A stretch of DNA of 64,000 nucleotides from Candidatus Altimarinota bacterium (lineage in GTDB: Bacteria; Patescibacteriota; Gracilibacteria; JBDHUY01): contig JBDHUY010000010.1 of the NCBI GenBank assembly GCA_039809385.1, positions 8,995 through 72,994 of the forward strand, given 5' to 3'. The translations under genes and the position numbers were made by a program. Positions 57,742 through 64,000 of the stretch are shown here, in pieces (position 1 is the first letter of the stretch; each line of letters opens with the position of its first letter). The notes beneath the pieces were generated by a model. It did not search any database, was not told the DNA's origin, and was given only the letters and a program-made list of their open reading frames with translations.

Positions 57742-58413
57742 TCAGATTTTCCGAAAAGAAATTTTAACGATGCGATCTGTTTGATCTTTTATCCTTACTC
57801 TATCATCTATCCTGAGATTGTAAACGGCTATGACGCGATTCTCGCGGTCGGTAATAACCGGAATTTCTGTTCGGGTGCGGAGAGGAATTTTCAGATCGGT
57901 AAAAAAATCTTGTAATTTCTTGCTTCCTTTCATCCCCAGGGGGCGAAAGCTGTCGCCTGTTTTCCAGGTACGCACGCCTAATGGAAGGAGAGTGTTTTCA
58001 GCTTCTATGTATATCGATGCTGAGTCTGCGGTAGTTCTTTTCTTAATGAATTCTGCCGAAATGAGGTACTCGCCGTATTGAATCTTGCCGGGTATCGGTA
58101 ACCGCTTTTTAATAGGCTGCGCTTCGGTTTTTATTTTTTCAGAATAATGGAACAAAATCGTATTGTTATGATGCTCTACCGTTAGGAGAGTCCCAAACAA
58201 TTTTTTCTTCCCCGACCCGCCAGTCATGCAAAAAAGACGGATCGTTTCCAGATGCCGAAAACTTAAACCCTCTGTCGAGCCGTATACCGATCGGTAGATA
58301 TATTCCAGAATCCCCCGTTGCAAAGCGACCGGTTGGTGTACAAAGTCGCCTTGTTGGAATGTCCAAGAGGCCTTTATCATGGGAGAATTGCTCATGTTGC
58401 GAGAAAGAATCAA
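57742..58413 (-). CDS. tilS: TilS C-terminal part (substrate-binding and TilS_C domains) as a separate ORF
   Basis: PVALQR, VRTWKTGDSFRPLGMKGSKKLQDFFTDLKIP; TTG overlaps the upstream stop (TTGA). Confidence 0.8.
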   Translation of the reverse strand: MILSRNMSNSPMIKASWTFQQGDFVHQPVALQRGILEYIYRSVYGSTEGLSFRHLETIRLFCMTGGSGKKKLFGTLLTVEHHNNTILFHYSEKIKTEAQPIKKRLPIPGKIQYGEYLISAEFIKKRTTADSASIYIEAENTLLPLGVRTWKTGDSFRPLGMKGSKKLQDFFTDLKIPLRTRTEIPVITDRENRVIAVYNLRIDDRVRIKDQTDRIVKISFRKI

Positions 58414-59177
58414 AGAGAACGTTTTTTCCTGTTCCGGAGATCGTTCTTCGTACTTGGGCGGCTAGTTTTTTTCAGGAAGTACATAGCTTCCTGTTCGATG
58501 TATTCGGCAATATCGCGATACTGGATCATGTTTTGCAACATGGTATCCTCAAAATGCGGATTTATTTTTCGGATCAGCGGCAGGATTTCTAACCGGATCA
58601 GGTTACGCGACCCTGTACTCTGCAGATTGGTTTTGTCTATCGTATAGGGGATACGATGTTTTTTGCAATACGTCAGGATCTCTTTTTTCTCTACTTCCAG
58701 CAAAGGACGCAGTATATCGTTCTGTTTTTCCGGCATCCCGCTCAATCCTTGTATACCGCTTCCTCGAAAGAAATGAAGCAGTATTGTTTCAACTTGATCG
58801 TCCCGATGATGGGCTACCAAAATATAGCGACCTTTGTATTGGATTTTTATTGACCGTAAAAACAAATAACGGGCTTCCCGGCCGCAGGTTTCTACTGACA
58901 GACCTTTCTGCTTGGCCAGGGTTGGAATATCGGCCGATTCCATTACAAAGGTTAGCTCATGTTTCAGGCAATAATCGTGAACCAGTAAAGCATCTTGGTT
59001 GCTCTCTTTGCGAATGCCGTGTTCGAAGTGCGCGACAATAATCTGCTCTTTTTTTAGGAACTTTTGACACAGCCAAAGTAAAAACATCGAATCCGGTCCG
59101 CCCGAAACGGCGACTACCACGGGGGATTCTTGGATATACTGGGAAAGTTTTGCTTTTAGGGCGAGTAGATCCAGCAT
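58410..59177 (-). CDS. tilS: tRNA(Ile)-lysidine synthetase, N-terminal catalytic part
   Basis: PP-loop AVSGGPDS, REARY, AHHRDDQVET, RPLL, DKTN, RNLIR. Confidence 0.9.
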   Translation of the reverse strand: MLDLLALKAKLSQYIQESPVVVAVSGGPDSMFLLWLCQKFLKKEQIIVAHFEHGIRKESNQDALLVHDYCLKHELTFVMESADIPTLAKQKGLSVETCGREARYLFLRSIKIQYKGRYILVAHHRDDQVETILLHFFRGSGIQGLSGMPEKQNDILRPLLEVEKKEILTYCKKHRIPYTIDKTNLQSTGSRNLIRLEILPLIRKINPHFEDTMLQNMIQYRDIAEYIEQEAMYFLKKTSRPSTKNDLRNRKKRSL

Positions 59178-59197
59178 AGAACGAGAGTCGTAATATC

Positions 59198-59335
59198 AAA
59201 TCTCAAAGTTCAAATGTCAAAATAAATTCAAATACCAAAGCCCAAATTTCAACTGTTTCACTATGACGAGAAGCATATTTTGATATTTGAGCGTTGGATT
59301 TCTTTTGTGATTTGTTTTTTTGAACTTTGAGATTT
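59198..59335. repeat. 7-nt-period inverted-repeat element, copy C
   Basis: Perfect 17-bp terminal IR aaatctcaaagttcaaa / tttgaactttgagattt. Confidence 0.85.
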
Positions 59336-59651
59336 ACACCTTGGTAAGCTCGACGATGAGATCAAAATTATCATCCTCCGCGCTCTTGTTTTTCATGGTT
59401 TTTCCGCAAAATTGACACTCATGCACAATCATATAACCTTTTTTGCCGGAATATTCGACCGCAACCGGCTTCATGGTTGTTTTACAGGTACTTAAACGGT
59501 CTCCCGGCACCGCATGGTCTACATGGAGCGAATAGAGACAGAAACGGCAGTGGTTACGCGGTGACGGATTTCGGTCGTCATTGAGTTGCCGGCAATTCCG
59601 GCAGGCAAAAGGTTCGCGAGATTGCGGAAGAAAATTTTTTCTCGAATACAT
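59334..59651 (-). CDS. RNHCP domain protein
   Basis: FACRNC, RNHCRFCLYSLHVD, PGDR...C...M.P, HECQFCG, EDDN. Confidence 0.9.
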   Translation of the reverse strand: MYSRKNFLPQSREPFACRNCRQLNDDRNPSPRNHCRFCLYSLHVDHAVPGDRLSTCKTTMKPVAVEYSGKKGYMIVHECQFCGKTMKNKSAEDDNFDLIVELTKV

Positions 59652-59851
59652 TTTTACCGAAAATATGCTTTTTAGAAAGAAGTTATACGTATTCTATCAT
59701 TTTCTACAAACTCGTATATCCAAAAATGAAGCTTCCCGTCTCTGCTTCAATCTTCATCGGAGCTTCTTGCCGGAAACAATCCTCATACTATTTCGACTTC
59801 AAAGCGATATAAATGCATTTTGAACAGTAGATACTCAATAACATGGAAAGT

Positions 59852-59983
59852 AATCCCCAAGTTTAAATTTCAAAGTTCAAAAGAATACTAAAATCCAAAT
59901 ATTAAACAGGACAAGAGACTTCTATCAATTCTCTCACCTCTATTAACTTCATGAATTATATACATTTTGATATTTGAACTTTT
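59852..59983. repeat. 7-nt-period inverted-repeat element, copy D (degenerate)
   Basis: Left arm aaatttcaaagttcaaaagaatactaaaatccaaatatt resembles copy B; right arm ttttgatatttgaacttt. Confidence 0.6.
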
Positions 59984-60142
59984 TCTTCCTTGCCAATGAA
60001 CTGTACCATCATAGGTACTTGAAATTTGGTGTCGTGATCAAAAAACAGAGATAGGTTTTTAGAAAGATATTTCTATTTTGATCTAGACAAGGTGTGTGCT
60101 AAACGATAGTATTAGATTTGTATTAGCACTCACAGAGAAAGA

Positions 60143-61273
60143 ATGCCAAAGAAAGATTACTACGAAACATTGGGCGTAGCGCGCACGGCCACGATCGACG
60201 ATATCAAAAAAGCCTATCGCAAACTGGCCTTGCAGCACCACCCAGACCGTAACAAAGGCAACAAGGAGGCCGAGGACAAATTTAAGACGATTAACGAAGC
60301 CTACGAAGTCTTGTCCGATCCGGAAAAGAAAAAACAATATGATACTTTTGGTTCGTATCAAGAGGGTGCGGGGCATGGAGGCAGCGGATTCGGCGGATTC
60401 GATTTTTCCGGTTTTAGCGGCGGCAGTGGAAGTTTTGGCGGATTCGAAGATATTTTCGAGACTTTTTTCGGCGGCAACTTTTCCGGTGGCGGAACCCGGT
60501 CGCGCAGCCGTCGCTCTGCTCAAGGCGAAGACCTCAAACATGCTATTTCGATCACCTTCGAAGAAGCCGTTTTCGGTATCGAAAAAGAACTGGTTTTGCC
60601 GCGCGAGGATCGTTGTGGCACTTGTCACGGTAACGGAGTAGAACCCGGTTCCAAGCTCGTTACTTGCAAAAATTGCAATGGTTCCGGTCAGATAACGTTT
60701 GTCCAGCGTAGTTTCCTTGGCAATATCCAGAGTGTTTCTCTGTGCGATACCTGTCGCGGGGAAGGGAAGATTCCCGAACAGCAGTGTCATACCTGCCGGG
60801 GACAAGGACGTGTGTCGGTCAACGACCGCTTTACCGTAAAAATCCCGGCTGGCATCGAAGATGGCAGTAACATTCGTCTGCGTGGAAAAGGCAATGCCGG
60901 GCGTCAAGACCAGTCCGACGGTGATCTGTACCTCTTTATCCGGGTAGAACCCAGTAAAAAATTTGCCCGCAAAGGAACCGATATTCATACATCCCTGGAA
61001 ATCAGCAATATTCAGGCGGTGCTGGGGGATAGTGTGACGGTAGACACGCTCTATGGTAAAAAAGAGGTAAAGATTCCCAAGGGCATTCAGGATGCTGAGA
61101 TTATCCGTTTAAAAGAACTGGGCGTAGTGCGCGTCGGGACGGAGCATAAAGGCGACCACTATATTACGGTCAAAATTCACATTCCCAAAAAGCTCTCCAA
61201 AAAAGAAGAAGAGCTCTACAAAGAACTGCTAAATTTACAAAAAGGCAGCAAAAAAGGCGGCTGGTTTGGATGA
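60143..61273 (+). CDS. dnaJ: Molecular chaperone DnaJ
   Basis: J domain with HPD, G/F-rich region, four CxxCxGxG zinc motifs. Confidence 0.97.
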   Translation: MPKKDYYETLGVARTATIDDIKKAYRKLALQHHPDRNKGNKEAEDKFKTINEAYEVLSDPEKKKQYDTFGSYQEGAGHGGSGFGGFDFSGFSGGSGSFGGFEDIFETFFGGNFSGGGTRSRSRRSAQGEDLKHAISITFEEAVFGIEKELVLPREDRCGTCHGNGVEPGSKLVTCKNCNGSGQITFVQRSFLGNIQSVSLCDTCRGEGKIPEQQCHTCRGQGRVSVNDRFTVKIPAGIEDGSNIRLRGKGNAGRQDQSDGDLYLFIRVEPSKKFARKGTDIHTSLEISNIQAVLGDSVTVDTLYGKKEVKIPKGIQDAEIIRLKELGVVRVGTEHKGDHYITVKIHIPKKLSKKEEELYKELLNLQKGSKKGGWFG

Positions 61274-61291
61274 TGTATTCTCGTTTGCGGC

Positions 61292-62320
61292 TTAGTCTTG
61301 GTTTTTCTGATTGCGTTGTAAGGAAAAATAATAATCCTCAAAAGATCGTGGAACTCCTTCACACTCACTTCCGGATGTACAGGAGATGACAACGCTGCTT
61401 TTTTTTCCGAGTTCGCAATTATAGTATTGTATCGAAATAGGACCGGGGCACATATTTACACTGCCAGTTGCAATCGGGATCCATCGTTTCGTTAGAAAGA
61501 AGTCGTAAAGTGTCGTATACTGCTTTGCGGTGAGAGGCGGATCAAACCCCTGCCGGTTCAGAAAAACGATAATATGCGCGCGTATCAAGAAACTTGTAGC
61601 ATCAATTGTCCGACCATCTAGCGAATAGGTCTTTTTTTGATTAGTAATACTGCGTACCAGTCCCAGTTCTTTCAATAATATTAGAAAGTTTTCGTCTTCC
61701 ATATATGTTTCTATTCCGGTGTAATCGATGATTTTTTCGCCTTTCATAGTAACAAGCCGGTCGGGTCGAAAACCGTTTGTAACCACCAACGGTGACGTAT
61801 CAACCTCGTAGAGTTCTTTCAATGCAGTATGCGAAATTCGGGCATGTCGTAGTTGCTTGGCAAAAGCCATTACGATTTTTCTCAATTCGGTCCTCTTCTC
61901 TAAGTCTATTCTTTCGATCGCGGCAAAATACTGCTCCCTGGCTTCCTCCGGAGACCAGCGGTCAAGCTGCGGAAGCTTTTCCTTTTTAACTCTGGCAGTT
62001 TCTTGAATCTCAAGCGATTGTTCATAAAGATCTCGTCGCATATATTCAAGATCGGCAAGATCTTTTTGCCCTTCCGGGATAAACTGGCGTAACATATTTT
62101 GTATCATCCGATATTTCCCGGAACCTTCAGCTAAAATCAGTTGTTTATTATTACTTTTTCTATGCTTATGACGTTGCCCCGAAATTTCCTGTAGCCAGGC
62201 CGGCATGATAAAAAGTCCTGCTATAAAGGCTAAAAATATCTTGTTGAATTCTCTTCTGGTTATGGTATCAGTGTTGATAATCTCGTTCCGATTTTCTATT
62301 CCGTTTTCAGTATCTATCAT
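61292..62320 (-). CDS. Hypothetical protein with twin-arginine-like N-terminal anchor
   Basis: ITRREF followed by a hydrophobic helix; four Cys near the C-terminus. Confidence 0.7.
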   Translation of the reverse strand: MIDTENGIENRNEIINTDTITRREFNKIFLAFIAGLFIMPAWLQEISGQRHKHRKSNNKQLILAEGSGKYRMIQNMLRQFIPEGQKDLADLEYMRRDLYEQSLEIQETARVKKEKLPQLDRWSPEEAREQYFAAIERIDLEKRTELRKIVMAFAKQLRHARISHTALKELYEVDTSPLVVTNGFRPDRLVTMKGEKIIDYTGIETYMEDENFLILLKELGLVRSITNQKKTYSLDGRTIDATSFLIRAHIIVFLNRQGFDPPLTAKQYTTLYDFFLTKRWIPIATGSVNMCPGPISIQYYNCELGKKSSVVISCTSGSECEGVPRSFEDYYFSLQRNQKNQD

Positions 62321-62526
62321 AAAAAAGATATATGAAAAAATATCTTGTTTTGTTGCATCCGCCGGGTATTTTTGCAAGTACCTTACTGTTTTCCGCAGTT
62401 ACAATTTCCGCATTTGCAATCGCCGCCGCCCATATGCTTACATGTAAAAAATAGAAGTACATGTATAGTATATATCTTTTTCGAAGAAGCAACAGTTTTT
62501 GTTGAAGTATGATGTAGTTTGGCTTT

Positions 62527-63438
62527 TTATCGCCATTCAAAGTTCTCGAGCGTCCAGTTAGCCAGTACTTTACTCTCCTGGAAACGATCCGGGCTGTTCA
62601 GCACAACGGTCAGGATACGGTTTCCGTCCGGGTTTTTAAACATATTTATCAGGCAGGCGCCGGCCAGATCGGTTGTCCCGGTCTTGCCGCCGACTTCGGT
62701 GAGAAAACTCGAGAGCAATTTGTTGGTGTTCTCCAAACGATAGCTATTCCCGCGCGAAGAAGTAACCGTGAGGTTGGTTATTCCTATACTGTTTTGAATG
62801 AGCGGCTTTGTAAGGGCGTACCGCATGATTTTCATCAAATCGAAGGCGCTGGAATAGTTTTTCTCCTCATCCCACCCGATCGTATTGGAAAATTCGGTAT
62901 CGTTCAGCATCAATTCCCGCGCTTTTGCGTTCATCCGCTGCACCAGATCTTTGATACTGTAGGCCAACACATAGGCCGCATCATTGGCAGAATGGATCAG
63001 TGCGCCGCGGATCAGATCCCGAAAACTGATCCTGTCTCCCGGGATCAGATTCATCTTGGATGGTTCGATCGTGCGTACTTCCGGAGGAACGGCGACCGAT
63101 TCTTCCAAGTCGGCGATTGCTTCGATCGCTACAATCGATGTCATCAGTTTTGTCAGACTGGCAATCGGCAAAGATGCACGTATATTTTTTTGGTACAGAA
63201 TCGTTCCCGAATCAAAATCGATGGCCAGCGCCGCTTTGGCTTGGATAAAAGGCTGGGTGTTCTTTTTACGTACCGGTATCGGCGGGGGAAACGGCAAAAA
63301 AACGCTTAAATCAGCCGGATTCTCTTGCATTTCGGGGAATACGACCCCCTGGCCTGCCGTTATGGGCATCATTACGGTACAACTTCCCAAGGCGATACTC
63401 AGACCGATGTATCCAAGTACAATACTGCGTATATTCAT
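62527..63438 (-). CDS. D-alanyl-D-alanine carboxypeptidase (peptidase S11)
   Basis: SxxK (ASLTK), SxN (SAN), KTG. Confidence 0.93.
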   Translation of the reverse strand: MNIRSIVLGYIGLSIALGSCTVMMPITAGQGVVFPEMQENPADLSVFLPFPPPIPVRKKNTQPFIQAKAALAIDFDSGTILYQKNIRASLPIASLTKLMTSIVAIEAIADLEESVAVPPEVRTIEPSKMNLIPGDRISFRDLIRGALIHSANDAAYVLAYSIKDLVQRMNAKARELMLNDTEFSNTIGWDEEKNYSSAFDLMKIMRYALTKPLIQNSIGITNLTVTSSRGNSYRLENTNKLLSSFLTEVGGKTGTTDLAGACLINMFKNPDGNRILTVVLNSPDRFQESKVLANWTLENFEWR

Positions 63439-63483
63439 GAGGACAGGTCCTAAAAAATCGTTCTGGTTTTTTCTAAAAAACTA

Positions 63484-63930
63484 TTACCCGAACAGTTTGT
63501 CCAGTTCGGATTTGAATTCTTCGATATCGCGAAACTTTTTATAAACGCTGGCAAAACGAATATAAGCGATCTCGTCGAGTTTCTTGAGTTCCTGCATAAG
63601 TTCGTTGCCGATGCGGGCGGTGGAAATCTCTTTTTTATTGGCAGCCCACCCTTCTTCCAGACCGTTGATCAAGGACGCAATCTGTTCCTGGGTAACGGGT
63701 CGTTTCGTGCAGGCTCGCCAAATGCCCTGCTCAAGTTTGTCCCGATCATACGGTTCGCGCGTTCCGTCGTTTTTAATCACGATAAAACTGGCAAATTCGG
63801 GGCGTTCAAACGTGGTGAAACGATGGGCGCACTTCTCGCATTCGCGGCGTCGGCGGATAGCTTTGTCTTCGTCGGTCAGACGAGAATCAATGACGCGGGT
63901 TTCGATATTTTTGCATTTGGGACAGCGCAT
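63484..63930 (-). CDS. nrdR: Transcriptional repressor NrdR
   Basis: MRCPKC, VIDSR, IRRRREC..C..RFTTFE, ATP cone, AYIRFASVY. Confidence 0.97.
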   Translation of the reverse strand: MRCPKCKNIETRVIDSRLTDEDKAIRRRRECEKCAHRFTTFERPEFASFIVIKNDGTREPYDRDKLEQGIWRACTKRPVTQEQIASLINGLEEGWAANKKEISTARIGNELMQELKKLDEIAYIRFASVYKKFRDIEEFKSELDKLFG

Positions 63931-63939
63931 GGGGACTGA

Positions 63940-64000
63940 GTCAAAAGTCAAAAGTCAAAAGTCAAAAGTCAAAAGTCAAAAGTCAAAAGTCAAAAGTCAA
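63940..64000. repeat. Perfect heptamer tandem repeat (GTCAAAA)x8+, running off the window
   Basis: Eight exact copies plus a partial copy, starting 10 nt upstream of the nrdR ATG. Confidence 0.97.

Noticed and set aside
60083-60988. 301-aa ORF antisense to dnaJ (and the 314-aa ORF at 37925..38869)
   Set aside because: Shadow ORFs opposite well-conserved genes, with no protein motifs.

Overview
A 64-kb bacterial chromosomal segment read in standard code 11 (TGA ends intact genes such as dnaJ and alkD). Gene content points to a Patescibacteria/CPR genome, probably Peregrinibacteria/Abawacabacteria-like (inference from the tandem Cys-rich proteins, the SLH protein, the archaeal PINA-type ATPase, an RNHCP protein and pyrimidine-rich starts without Shine-Dalgarno motifs). 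The backbone carries gnd, proB, pgi, a cyclophilin, trxB, a UvrD-nuclease fusion, ftsE, tRNA-Arg(TCT), alkD, rnj, a split tilS, dnaJ, a DD-carboxypeptidase and nrdR. An accessory block at about 19.2-35.9 kb holds three things. First, candidate small RNAs facing an NYN RNase gene. Second, a 1.5-kaa protein with seven hypervariable helical repeats, a SNF2 ATPase and a SAM methyltransferase, followed by a catalytically degenerate Mpg/AAG glycosylase homologue. Third, a zincin-vWA plus MoxR-type AAA+ pair followed by a birth-and-death array of LRR genes (4 intact, 2 relics) that share a constant 'MHLC' N-terminal module. That vWA/MoxR/LRR unit is the best candidate for an undescribed system. The window also contains several small repeat families: 7-nt-period tracts, about 140-bp inverted-repeat elements, and GTAG palindromes inserted in-frame inside genes. 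All family assignments are from motif recognition by eye; no database searches were run.
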